From contig NC_043018.1 of assembly GCF_006345805.1 (NCBI RefSeq), positions 14,756,001 through 14,820,000 of the forward strand: DNA of 64,000 nt. The letters are read 5' to 3'. Each line of letters opens with the position of its first letter. Positions within the stretch are counted from its first letter, which is position 1. Position numbers and translations under genes: made by a program. Shown in pieces: positions 39,478-52,068 of the stretch. The stretch comes from Octopus sinensis (taxonomy: Eukaryota). The notes under the pieces are model-generated. The model was not told the DNA's origin. It did no database searches and worked only from the letters and a program-made list of their open reading frames with translations.

Positions 39478-39931
39478 GGGCTACAGCAAATATTCTGCTC
39501 AATACCACAGATTTGCTTGTCAGTTGTTTGACCATAACCAGTTGAGCATGCCCCTTAGTGGCTGACGATATGTGCATCTCTGATCACGAGCAGAAGTCAT
39601 AGGGGAGCATCATAGCCATGTGTTGAGAGGGATTCTTTGGGGTTTGGATAATTCACCTCTGGAAACATGGGTGTTTCGTTCAACATCCTTAAACAACCCT
39701 TATTCGGGGACCTTTTGAGCGGAATGCGTTACTCGACCAGAAGAAAATTCTAACTGAGCGCCGCCTGCAAGGTCATGTGCTGTTTATCTTGATATGAGAT
39801 CACCATATCGCGCACATATGGTTGTGATGCATGTACTAGGTGTACTCTTATGAAACGGGTAGTCGTGATGAGTATACTGGGCTTCGTATATTTTACCCCA
39901 CTGTCACTTTGCTGGCATGCACTGCTCTCTC
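39478..39931 (-). mobile_element. Unclassified non-coding retroposon-like element ending in a (TTA)n tail
   Basis: About 450 bp, higher GC than its flanks, runs directly into the (TTA)n tract on the minus strand. Single copy in the window, so repeat status is inferred. Confidence 0.4.
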
Positions 39932-40004
39932 ACGCAATAATAATAATAACAATAACATTAAAAAATACCTTAGGAATGAGAACCTAGGTTCGAAATTTCC
40001 CCAA

Positions 40005-40050
40005 GACACCTGATGAAGGCTGGAGGGTATATCAGCCGAAACGTTGTGTT
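40005..40050 (+). ncRNA. Minimal type I hammerhead candidate in a PLE-LTR-like element (about 39955-40135)
   Basis: GACAC-CTGATGA-A-GGCTG(GAGGGTATAT)CAGCC-GAAA-CG-TT-GTGTT. Stem III is the palindrome ACGT, so it needs a dimer. Confidence 0.7.
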
Positions 40051-40432
40051 AACAACAAACAAGATGAGGACAAATATCCGTCAAATGTAAATAATGCAAA
40101 TAATGTACATAATTCCTCATCTCTTAAATATATAACTGAACAACAACAACGATGATGATGACGATGTAGTTTCTAGGCAACGTGCCGATAGTGAATCGAA
40201 ATTCTCGAAAGAATGTCCAAATTTCAGAAATCTTCCGTGCAAAAATGGTTTCGCTAAGCTGTTCGTCGTAGAATTTTCTGAATCTTTACTGCCACACAAT
40301 GCTCAAGCGAAAACCTCTTGGCAGCAACTGTATTTTGTATTTTATGACAGCTTTAGATTATTTCTACTTACACAGGAACTGTGGAATAATAATTCTTTTT
40401 CCGGTTTTTTTTTCTATTGAAACGAAACTTAC

Positions 40433-40459
40433 TTTTCTGCTTGGTTCTCGCGTTCACCG
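40433..40459 (-). CDS. Candidate 27-nt micro-exon (phase 1-1, VNARTKQK)
   Basis: CTTGTTTACATACTGCAG acceptor, AAA|GTAAGT donor, length divisible by 3. Confidence 0.2.
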
Positions 40460-41536
40460 CTGCAGTATGTAAACAAGACATACTTTAAGTCTGAGAAGCT
40501 CATCGAGGAAAACTAAGGGGAAAATATTGAAGTTGCTGTCAACAATTGTACTTTCTTCAAATATATTATACTGTGTGCGCTTGTTGATATTCTGTAACAT
40601 AATTCCTTGAAATAAGAACTAATTAATGAGTTAGGACCTTAAAATTAACCATTGTATAACTTGGTGTATTAATAAGCTCGAAATCTTGGATACAGAGAAT
40701 AAAGGAAACTGTTGAAAGTTTTAAAAAAGAATTCTTTCCAAAAGATCTAAAACACGCGGCACCAAATGACTGCTGGTCAAGGATGGCATTAGCCACGACT
40801 GCTAAAACGGACCGAAAGAACTAAAAACCTGTTTTGCATTAGATTAGAAATTATTATCGTGAAATCTTGGATTTTAAGATTCCAAGGGTTCAGTCTTGAT
40901 TTTTGAGTCCTGAGGTGGTGGTGGTGGCGGTGTTGGTGGTGGTGGTGGTGGTGGTGGTGGTGGTGGTGGTGGTTGGTGGTTGGTTGGGGTTTGGTGGTGG
41001 TGGTGGTGGTGGTGGTGGTGGTGGTGGTGGTAGCAACAGTAGTTGTTGATATCGTTTATGTACGAAACCTTATATTTTGTAGACCTGTGCAAACAACGCC
41101 ATCTACGCACAAGTGCCATAGTGTAATACGTACCAAAGAAGATTCGCTTATGTATGTGTATAAAGTAACCAATCAGTGTGGCTCAGGTCATTTCAGTTAA
41201 CCATCGGATAAAGTTTATTGATCATGGCAGCTTCTTTGATCCTGTGATATTTAAATTATCTACATTTCGTTTTGTGGGTTCAATAATAACTGAGTGATAT
41301 CCTTAATTTGATATCAGCCAGTCGTTTGTTGATGGGAGATGGTTTTGTTTGAATATAGTGTGTGTGTGTGTGTGTGTGTATTCGTCTTTTGGTTTCCATG
41401 TGGCACGATTACAATTTTTTTAGGGTGTGTAAAGAGGGAAATAACCCTCATCTGCAATTTTGATGAAATTCGAAACATAGATATTCCAGTTCATTCAGAG
41501 AATATAACAGAAAAGTCTAATTCTTCAATTGAATGT

Positions 41537-41564
41537 AACCGGGCAACGCCGGGTATCTGGCTAG
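41537..41564 (+). mobile_element. Helitron-like 3' terminus of a second subfamily
   Basis: CCGGGCAACGCCGGGTATCTGGCTAG^T, similar to the 3' end of the other Helitrons. 5' end not identified. Confidence 0.55.
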
Positions 41565-41661
<97 letters not shown>

Positions 41662-42526
41662 GTATGTATTTATGTATGTATGTTTTATATGTATATATAT
41701 ATATATGCATGTGTCTGAATGCGAGTGACAGAAAGGGAAAGAGGGGGAGAGTGTGTGTGTTTGGGTGCGTGTTTGTGTGTGCGTCTGTGTGTGTGTGTAT
41801 GCCGAATGTGAGTTCATATTTCATAACCCAAGAACTTTGCCAAATCTTCGTAGTAGCCTGATTAATAAGTGTGTGGCTGCAATATGAAACGAATGGGCAG
41901 AAGAAAAGCGAAATCTCTGATCAAATCAGACAAACAGTATTTTTCAGGAGAAACTGTTCCATTTGCACTCATTACATAGCGTCGATGCAGTTTATAATTA
42001 GCTTAATGGAGCTAGCCACCCCGCTCCCAACTCATATTGCATGTGTGGCCCAGTTTGAAAAAGAGAACAGAGTAGAGAGAAGAGGAGAGAGAGAGAAAGA
42101 GAGAAAGAGAGAGAAGAGAAGAGCGGGTGTGTGTATGTGTGTATGTGAGAGAGAGAGAGAAGAGAATATGAGGGTTAGAGAGTAAAAGTGAAAATGTTAT
42201 TTGTTTTTTACTGAATATTATTTAGAAAATATAATTTTTCTTCCGCTTCCTTTTCAAGAAGGAATTAAGCCTCTTAATTGAAAGGGCGTGCGTACTATTA
42301 TGGGGACTAGGGTTTTGAGAGTGTCACTCAATCTACCTCAGGTGGCTTTATATTTAACAAAAACGTACTCAATACCACACTTGGTGTATAGCTTTTAAAA
42401 AGTTACCGGTGAACGGTACATGAATCTACTATATACCAACACACACACACAACACACACAACACACACACACACACACCACACACCACCACACACCACAC
42501 ACACACACATACACACACATACACAC

Positions 42527-42580
<54 letters not shown>

Positions 42581-42640
42581 CATAGATATATACACATCCT
42601 TTGTGTTCTGTTTTTGATTTTATTTGATATATATATATAT

Positions 42641-42851
42641 AACGGGGAGGTTTACGAAAATAAACAAAAGACGCAGGTAGGTGGAGTACAAACAAACAAT
42701 GTATTAGTATGGCGCTCAGGAATAGAAATAAAACAAGTCTTTTACGTTTCGAGCCTACGCTCTTCGACAGAAAGATACACAGAAAAGAAACAAGGAGAGA
42801 AACAAGGAGAGAAAAAAATGCGTGTAGGGGCTAACGATCCAACATGGCGTT
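42641..42851 (-). mobile_element. Short PLE-like (TA)n-flanked element related to the 20476/52068 family
   Basis: Shares GAAGAGC...GCTCGAAACGT and TTCCTGAGCG.CCA motifs and overall layout. (TA)n on both sides. Confidence 0.6.
42738..42775 (-). ncRNA. Minimal type I hammerhead-like motif, A6U variant
   Basis: TCTTT-CTGTCGA-A-GAGC(GTAG)GCTC-GAAA-CG-TA-AAAGA. Confidence 0.5.
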
Positions 42852-43561
42852 TATATATATAAAATCCAGTGTACATTTAAACACATTAAGAGGTTTCCAT
42901 CATAGGAACCCTTTACGCTAGAAAGAACAGCTTAAGTCCAAACCACTAATTAGGGATAAATATTCGAAGGGAATGAAAAATAAAAATATTCACCATCTTT
43001 CTTGAACCATGGTTTCTGACTTATTTTAGTAAATGAAATAATCTACCAGGCGAAGTCTTCCTATGATGGAAACCTCTTAATGTGTTTAAATGTACACCGT
43101 ATTTTATATGCCCTTGTTTTAAAATATTATTTATTCTAAGTGTGATTAAATATTTACAGACGAGAAGGAGGAAAATAGTTTTTAATGAATATCTCGAACT
43201 TGATTGAAACGAACGAACGAGCAACAAAAGCAACAACAACAACAATAATATGAAACGAAGAAGGAATCGTATTCATTGAGGCAAGTTTTGGTAAGACTGT
43301 GTCCTTCTCTGTATCATGTCGATCGTTTCATTCTCAGAAATAGTTTAGAAGTTGAAACAAAATAGCATTGATGGTTGGAGAGTTTCACTTTACTACCATT
43401 TATAATTCCTGTCAGAATTTAAGAAGTCGACGTCCAATCAGAATTGAGTACAGCTCCTACTTTTAAGTGGGTAGCATCTCACGCGGATAACAGTCTTTCC
43501 AAACTCTCTCTCCCTCTCTCTCTCACCCCATCTCTCTCACATACATACAACATATATATAA

Positions 43562-43642
<81 letters not shown>

Positions 43643-43742
43643 TGTGATGTGGTGTATGAACATTTAATGTGGTTTTAGAGTCAAGTTTTGGCTGTTATTT
43701 CCAGCGTGGAGGTATCTCTTAGATACCCTAAATTATATATAT

Positions 43743-43816
<74 letters not shown>

Positions 43817-43818
<2 letters not shown>

Positions 43819-43939
43819 GGAGTAAACACATAAATGTGAGACAAGGCGAAAAAAAGATTCTAGCAAAAACTGTCCGACGAACGGGAACGTGAAACTCAGA
43901 GTACAGGTTTTGTTGAATTTTCTGCTGCTTTAAATAAAG
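43817..43939 (+). mobile_element. PLE-like (TA)n-flanked element with inverted 5' segment and hammerhead-like motif (43870-43907)
   Basis: CTGT-CCGACGA-ACG(GGAA)CGT-GAAA-CTC(A)GAG-TA-CAGG. The first 40 bp or so are the reverse complement of the 3' end of the 62735 copy. Confidence 0.65.
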
Positions 43940-44221
43940 TATATATATATATATATATATATATATAATCATATTGCAGTTTGAGGAGGCTATCACTAAC
44001 ACCCACTTTGGTAATACAAAAGAAGGTAAACAATGGTCACGAGTCTGGCGGTGTGCTTAGTTCTGCTGTACTCGATAACAAGGTGTAGTTGGGTCGCTTT
44101 AGTGCAATTGTCATCGCAGTCAAGCGCTATTTGTCAGATATAGGGCTCAGTTCCCCGAGGTGATCCTTTCCACATTTCCCCGGCCATCTACTGCGCTTGT
44201 GAATGTATTTAAACCGTAACC

Positions 44222-44288
<67 letters not shown>

Positions 44289-44900
44289 CAAACACACACA
44301 CACACAACACACACGCACACGCACTTTAGAACCCATATTCGTTTCTTTCGCTTCACTGACGCTATAATGACTCGCCTTCGAAGAAGTAGTTTGCTATCAG
44401 CAATTTTCATCAAGAATATATTTGAGAATCAGGCAAAGATTCCATTTCGTAGAATTTGATGAAAATTGGTGAGGAAAATATGTTGTACTGGTTTCGCACA
44501 CCATACAGTTTTTGGTAGGGGTGGAAGAGTGTGTGCTGAAGACTTTCGTTTCTTCTTGCTGTGTCGTCACATGACCCAGCCACTATTACCAATTAGAAAA
44601 GATTAGAATCCGTAGTTAGTCTGTTCGTCTCCTATCTGTTTCCTTTACCCTAGACTTATAAACGAATCAGTCGATGTTTAACTGGTGTAGAATGATTTTA
44701 AAGGAATCTTGGGAATATAGAAATTCTTTATAAGAAAATTGCCGGATTCCTTTTAAGGGAAATTTTATGATTCTTTATGAACTGGGGAAATATGCTGGAA
44801 TTCTCAAGGGACGGAATTAGTAGAGTAGGCGTGAACCATACGAATGGAAGCTGGTGCTGGAATGAAATAAGGTAAATTTGAAACTGTTTCTCAACGCTAT

Positions 44901-45289
44901 GGATGGAAGCACTCCGTCGGTTACGACGACGAGGGTTCCGGTTGATCCGAATCAACGGAACAGCCTGCTCGTGAAATTAACGTGCAAGTGGCTGAGCACT
45001 CCACAGACACGTGCACCCTAAACGTAGTTCTCGGGGATATTCAGCGTGACACAGAGAGTGACAAGGCCGGCCCTTTGAAATACAGGTACAATAGAAACAG
45101 GAAGTAAGAGTGAGAGAAAGTTGTGGTGAAAGAGTACAGCAGGGATCACCACCATCCCCTGCCGGAGCCTCGTGGAGCTTTTAGGTGTTTTCGCTCAATA
45201 AACACTCACAACGCCCGGTCTGGGAATCGAAACCGCGATCCTATGACCGCGAGTCCACTGCCCTAACCACTGGGCCATTGCGCCTCCAC
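44901..45289 (-). mobile_element. SINE family C, full length
   Basis: 12-bp TSD TCTCAACGCTAT at 44889-44900 and 45290-45301. Confidence 0.93.
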
Positions 45290-45849
45290 TCTCAACGCTA
45301 TAATATATTCCTGATTGGACTTTCAGCTAATCATTGAATTCTTTAGTAAATAATACCTTTATGCTTCAAACAACCATAAATGTAAAATATAACAGCAACC
45401 ATAAATCAAGAGTATCGTTAAATACTTCCAGGCCATCCCTGATTAAGAATATACCTGTCCAATACCTATGTTCAAATGTATTCCAGCCGTAATCACGGGT
45501 TTCTTTTGTCTTATTATTTTTTTTTTGTCTATTTCAAACAGTATTGCCTCAATGGCGCCTTCCGTTGTTTAAAACGGAAAGGTGTGACTTGAGGGAATTT
45601 GGTTGCTATTTCATCTGATCGAATGAGTACATCAAAGGCTGTCTCGTTGGCTTGTCGTCATCCTGTGTTTGTGATGTGTCAGTAGAGCGACCACCTTACT
45701 CTATTCATTCTATGTTCAAATGAAAGCAGAGACGTTTATGCACATCGCTCAATCGGGGTCGGTAAAATATGTACCAGTAATATAATAGAATTGATTCGAT
45801 CAAAATCTTTCGATTAATTCGAATTCGTTAGTTACAATGAAACCAGCAC

Positions 45850-46470
45850 TCTTGCCTGTCATCTGTGTGATATATAATATATGACGTAGAGCGGGGGTCG
45901 TGGGTGGATCTTTTCGAGAGTGTGCTTACTTGTGCTTCTTCAATGAAACCATCGACGTTAATCGCTAACCTCTTCGTTAAAACCCAGGCTGATATCTGAA
46001 AACTCTGCATTCAACAGAATTATGAACTGAACGCTATCGCTTACGTCCACTTTGTTAGTGTCCTTTCGCAGCCACCTTGTCACCCGCTTTGCCACTCACG
46101 GATCTGCCAAGAGATCCCTAAACAAATCTGGTATGTATTCGTAAAGCTTGCAAACCATCCAAATCGGGCGATTTACATCAGTTACCTCCCTATTTCAGTT
46201 ATTATTATTATCAGCTTTTGGCAGCGCCTTCAGTTTCCCGCCCGCTAAGACTTGCCACAGTCCATTGAGTCAGATAACCTTCACTACTGTCTCCGAGTCT
46301 TTGTTCGCCCCAGACATTTCGAGTAAAGTGTTTTTTAGGAAGCTGTCAACACTTGCTGAGCATTGAATAGTATGAATCTATCTTGGAAATGCTGTGAGAA
46401 TCGTGGCTTTGTTGCCGAGCCACTCTTCTGTTATCCGGTTCCACGAACGGCTTCCGTTCCCTCACCTTTT
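45850..46470 (-). mobile_element. Decayed L1/Tx1-clade ORF2 (RT N-terminal region)
   Basis: GNKATI..., LYEYIPDLFRDLLA, LRKDTNK...IILLNAEF, then after a frameshift ISAWVLTKRLAINVDGFIEEAQVSTLSKRSTHD. Compare L1/Tx1 ITLLNxDYKILAKVLxxRL...Q...RSIxDN. Confidence 0.65.
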
Positions 46471-47882
46471 ACCGCACACAGCTCGGACTACGGGAAGGCC
46501 GCAATGTCGAAGTAATCCACTGCAGTGTATGATTAAGTTGTTCATCTGACAGACTTGTACGGTTTCTATTTACTCAATCTCATTCCTAAAGCTTGCTGGG
46601 TTGGGCCCTTAAAAATTATCAATCTTTAAACCGCTATAACTTTTTTTTAAAATTCTACTGGAAAAAGATAATTATCCCCTGAGATTCAGCGTGGAAAATT
46701 ATATCAACACACCAAATTTTAAAATTCCTCACCCCACCCCGTGTAACGAAGCAGAAAAAATTTGATATTTATCCAAGTTGTCACTGAGTGAGATCGAAAC
46801 CAGAACTGCACTATTGTAAGGCAAACGTCTTAACCATTCAGCCACATAGTGTTCACGAAATAAAGACACTGGGAAAAACTATTGACGTGAAAATGTAATT
46901 GCTGCGTAAAGTGTTAATATATAGCATAAACCTTCTAATTTGAGAAATCTTAAGAGAGAAAGCCCCAGCATGGCCACAGCTCGTGAACTGAAACTAGATA
47001 AAATAAAAAAAAGCAGCATTTAAAAGTTTATTTATTTTGTTGTCATTTTCCCCATTCATCCTTTCACATACACACGCGCGCGCGCACTAGCACAAACACA
47101 CTTCACCACTCCCTTTTCTGAGCTTCCCCTATTTTCTGCTCTCTACAGTCCCTACAATGAAGCCGTTATATGAGAGCCGCCCTGAGGAAATGAGGCGTGA
47201 AAATAAACAGCCATTTGTTACGGTTCCTGCGTATTATGGTAAGATAGCGTCTAAAATTGTTGTAGGCCAGTGAAAAGCCTCAGGAAAGGACTAACCCCCC
47301 CCCACCTAGACATAAGCCTGTAGTAGACCCCAAACTACACGGGTTTAGTTTGTAGCATCCCCTCTAACTCTATCAAACCTGTTCTATGTGAAGGAGGGCG
47401 TATACAAGAGGAGCCAATCAAAATGTCTGAATTCTCTCAAAGACGATTTCATTTCTCCTTCCTGTATCGAGAGATCGAAAAGCATAGAGCAGTATTCTTA
47501 ATATTGATTTCTAATCAATAAACAAAGTCAGATATTAGGAGAGGAGGAATAAATGATTTAATCGATCGTCGTATATAACTGGTTCTTATTTCATCAACCG
47601 AGGAAGGGAAAACGGTTAATTTCAGTTCGTTAAGAATTGAACTCACAACGTGAATATTTGACGAGCGAACGGGGAAGCTCCTTCACGATCGATTAACCTG
47701 TCAATAATAGCAGCCAAACCTGATTCGAATTATATCCTATTTTCGTTTGGAAAACGACATGAGGAAGAAAGTGCTACAAGATTCAGTAAGCCAATAAAGA
47801 AAGATCTAGAAGTTTTGACTACTTGGTTGCTTCCTCAGCGATGACCTGAAGTTAAACAAGAGCCGCAATGATGACTGTATAC

Positions 47883-47960
47883 CAGCGGTTCTCAACCAGT
47901 TTTAATCTGTGGATCTCTTTGATTTTATTCTGTTGGATCCCCGTTGCCATTCGATGTTCA
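47883..47960 (+). mobile_element. hAT/Charlie-like terminal fragment
   Basis: Begins CAGCGGTTCTCAACC, typical of hAT-Charlie TIRs. The other end was not found. Confidence 0.4.
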
Positions 47961-47981
47961 AAGACTAGTTTTATATATATA

Positions 47982-48492
47982 CTAGCAGTATCGCCCGGCG
48001 TTGCTCGGGTTTGTAAGGGAAATAACTATATAAGCATTTTTAGAGAGTTACTTCCCTTATAGATGCCAATTCGGGCTTTCTTAGCCATTTCTGTTTTGGT
48101 GTCTTTAAGCCATGAAGTCGTGTTCTAAAAGAACGCTGGTCTCCTTGACAACGTTTACGACGTTGATTTCCTTACACTCCCTTCCCCACAGCTTCACGAG
48201 GGAGGGAAGAAGGGGGAGAAGCAAACAGGTGCAGGTGTGACCATGGACGCAAACTCCGCCGCCATCGACACACGAAAAATTATGCATTAAAATGGAATAA
48301 AAAATGATGTTAAATTATTTTTAAAATCGCAGACTCATCGTAGACGCGCGCTAATAGCCAGACGGGCTCGATATGAATCACGACTATAAGATACCCGAAT
48401 TTGGTTAAACTGCACCGCAAAATGTGGGAGGAGTTAGGAATCTAAATCGTAGGGGACAGACACTCACACAACTACAGTTTTATATATATAGA
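47982..48492 (-). mobile_element. Non-autonomous Helitron variant with a distinct internal segment
   Basis: TC...hairpin-CTAG termini between A and T. About 210 bp (48061-48270) are absent from the other two copies. Confidence 0.9.
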
Positions 48493-48981
48493 TTCTTTCA
48501 AAATCCCGATTTTGTTATTCATACATTAACTTGTGTGAGTAGAATGTGTATGTAAAATGTTTGCCCAAGAAATTTACCTGTTTTTTGCAATAAATAGATT
48601 TAAATCAAACATTTTTTGTAGACCCTTAAGATCTTTATGGGCTTACTGAAACCTGTAGCACTTTTTTTTCACATGTCATTTTCTAAAAGAAAATAGGATG
48701 CAATTTGACCGAGATTTGGCTGCTGTTGTAGACAGGCTAATCAATCACAAAGGAGCTTCCCCCCGTTCGTTCGTCAGATGTTCACGTTGTGAGTTCAATT
48801 CCCAACGAACTGAACTGCTATGGATTTCCAATTTACCCCCAGAATTCTTATAAGGATCTCCTGGGGGTCATACGGAGCCCGGTTGAGAACGACTACTGTA
48901 CAATTACTGCCATGTCACTGATCTTCAGTATCGATAAGAACACAGATCCTGATATCACAACGGAATACTATACACACGGCT

Positions 48982-49415
48982 AAGGCGGTGAGCTGGCAGA
49001 ACCGTTAGCACGCCGGGCGAAATGCTTAGCGGTATTTCGTCTGCTGCTACGTTCTGAGTTCATATTCCGCTGAGGTCGACTTTGCCTTTCATTCTTTCGG
49101 GGGTCGATAAATTAAGTACCAGTTGTGCACTTGGGTCGATGTAATCGACTGAATCCCTTTGTCTGTCCGTATTTGTCTCCTCTATGTGTAGCCCCTTGTG
49201 GACAATAAAGAAATAAGAACCGTTAGAACGCCGGATGAAATGGTTAGCGAAATTTCGTTCGTCTTTACGTTCTGACTTAAAATTCCACCGAGGTCGACTT
49301 TGCCTTTCATCTTCTTCGGGTCGATAAAATAAGTATCAGTTGAACACTGGGGTCGATGTAATGGACTTGCCCTCTCCCCTGAAATTGCTGGTCTTGTACC
49401 AAAATTTGAAACCAA
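48982..49415 (+). mobile_element. Two tandem SINE family B copies
   Basis: Full copy 48982-49215, then a diverged copy with a different 3' end. Confidence 0.88.
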
Positions 49416-49582
49416 TATAATAAAAAACATACACACATACATATATATTCTGTTTTCACTCAACAATGAAGTTAGTATTGTATAATACAGCCGGAATGGC
49501 TGCAGAGTTAAAAGGTTCGCTTTGCAGCCGCCACTGTTACTGGTTCGATCTCTCCAAGTAGTGGGGGAAGATCTACCTTCAC

Positions 49583-49748
49583 CGCTAAGTTATGGGAATA
49601 TAAACACAGCAGCATCGGTTGTCAAGCAATGTAGGGGTGCAAACACAGACGCCCCCCCACTCACACACACACAAATATACACATATATACAACGGTCTTT
49701 CAGTTTCCGTGTACGAAATCCACTTACAAGGCTTTGGTCGGCCTGAGG
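49583..49748 (-). mobile_element. SINE family A, internal fragment
   Basis: Matches the family A body. Confidence 0.8.
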
Positions 49749-49834
<86 letters not shown>

Positions 49835-50027
49835 TATATGTATGTATGTATTATGTATGTATGTATGTATGTATGTATGTATGTATGTATGTGTGTGTAT
49901 GTGTGTATCCATATATATATATGGTCAGAGAACCTACTTCTTCGTTACCATTATAGAGTCAGAGACTTTTTAATGATCAGATTTAATCTGGTCGCTGTAT
50001 GAATCTAGATTTTCATTTTTCAATGTA

Positions 50028-50094
<67 letters not shown>

Positions 50095-50438
50095 TATCAT
50101 TGCTATTTCTTGTTTTTGTTTTATTTATCATTAGCGTTTTACTAAAACCTCAAATCAAAAGAAATTAATGATATATTTTTGGGCTGTTACTAATTAACAG
50201 TGTAGCCTTAATCAACTCACCACGTTTTTTACTATTCTATTATTATTAAATTATTGGTTGGGACCAAAAAAAAAAAAAGTTTTTAATTTATTTGGCAGAA
50301 AGTTTAATTAACAACAATTGTAGAGTAGAATGAAAACTAAAATGAACTTTCATTGTTGCTGAAAAAAAATAGAAAAGAAGGTGAAAGAACAACTGAAGAA
50401 AGAAATATTTGACTGTACTGTATATCAGAGAGAAGGCG

Positions 50439-50478
<40 letters not shown>

Positions 50479-50483
50479 CATAC

Positions 50484-50572
<89 letters not shown>

Positions 50573-51944
50573 GATAAGGAATAGCTATTTCCGACTTGTA
50601 ATAAATTAATGAACTAATTAATAAAAATCAATTATTAGCAATAACGAATACAATAGAAGTCAATGAGGGAGCCTCGATGTGGTCTGTCGGCGTACTAGAA
50701 ATAAAAACCATATCCCTCTCAAATTACGCATGACTGTTCTAGAAAAGAATATATTCTAGTTGCCTGGAAAGGACGGGGTTGTTATGGTTGGATTGATTTT
50801 GATCATAGATCTGGTTAAAAAGAGTTGACCTAGGGTTGAAGACCATCATCACCAACTACAACAGTAATGAAGCCTATATTCATCTCATATCTTGGGTTTT
50901 CCATCTTAAAGCCCGACAGAATGGTAAGAAAGCGATCATTCAGATTCGATTGTACTTGGCAAATACTCTCCACTGCATTGTATAGTGTTGGGTTTTGTTC
51001 TGTTCTAATTAAATTTGTCAGTTCAAATCCTGCCCTCAGTTTACCTTTCACACTTTATTTCCCTTGGGATCAATAAAATATTTACTAAGCATGTCCGGAA
51101 GTTAACGAAATTGCCAACACCCTATCGACAAACGTGTGTCTTGAGCGTTCAACTCCTGACAGACTTGTAACGGCACCATCGTGACACGGAGCGTCTTGAT
51201 AGCCCGTACTTCACCAGATCTGACCACGGCTAATTACCTCTTCTCGAGACAGACGGACAAACAGACAGACAGACAGACAGACGGATAGACAGACAGACAA
51301 TTACTGGATCGATTTCATCAACTAAACCCCACAAAGCGTTGTCCCAGGTATTTCAGCAGGTATTTATGCAGTCAGAGAGTGCAACAGATCATATGATAAA
51401 TGAGTAGTAAGTAAGATTTTGAAGATTTTTTTTCTATGAAAAAATATTTTCATGCAGCTTTGCCGCAATATTCATGTTGAATCTATGAAATATTTTAAAG
51501 AAATTTCATAGCATGTTGAATTTTGCTTCATTGATCTGTGCCTCGAGCGAAGCTGCGCCGACGATTCCAAGCGTTTACGCCGGGCAGAAGTCATACGAGC
51601 AGCGCGGCGGCTCCAATACAAAAGGAACAAAACGTTTCCATTATGCCAATTCACTGCAACATAACGATATTCTGGTGGTCTGAAGAAAAATAGCCATTTT
51701 TATTTATATTTATTTGTAAATGTATAAGTGTATGCGTAGCATACATATTTGTGCAGACATATAATATAATTTATAATACACTAAAATTATTATTATTACA
51801 CAATGGAGGTGGCGAAACAGCTGTAATCTTAAAGATAATACATGGTTAAATAAATAGATTCGCCTCCCATAACCTCTGACATTTATGGTTTATATATAAT
51901 ATAATATATATATAAATATAAATATATAATATATTATAATATAT

Positions 51945-51999
<55 letters not shown>

Positions 52000-52019
52000 C
52001 ATATATTATATATATATAT

Positions 52020-52067
<48 letters not shown>

Positions 52068-52068
<1 letters not shown>

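Noticed and set aside
40137-40420. About 94-codon plus-strand open frame (ECPNFRNLPCKNGFAKLF...)
   Set aside because: No start codon, convincing donor or recognisable motif.
45930-45995. Minus-strand 66-nt exon candidate ISAWVLTKRLAINVDGFIEEAQ
   Set aside because: It is explained as part of the L1/Tx1 RT remnant.
47380-47425. GGGCG + CCAAT promoter-like motifs (similar pair at about 5070-5130)
   Set aside because: Short motifs with no linked gene, so not supportable.
50830-51051. 73-aa minus-strand ORF MKGKLRAGFELTN...
   Set aside because: Its 5' part is a degenerate SINE B.
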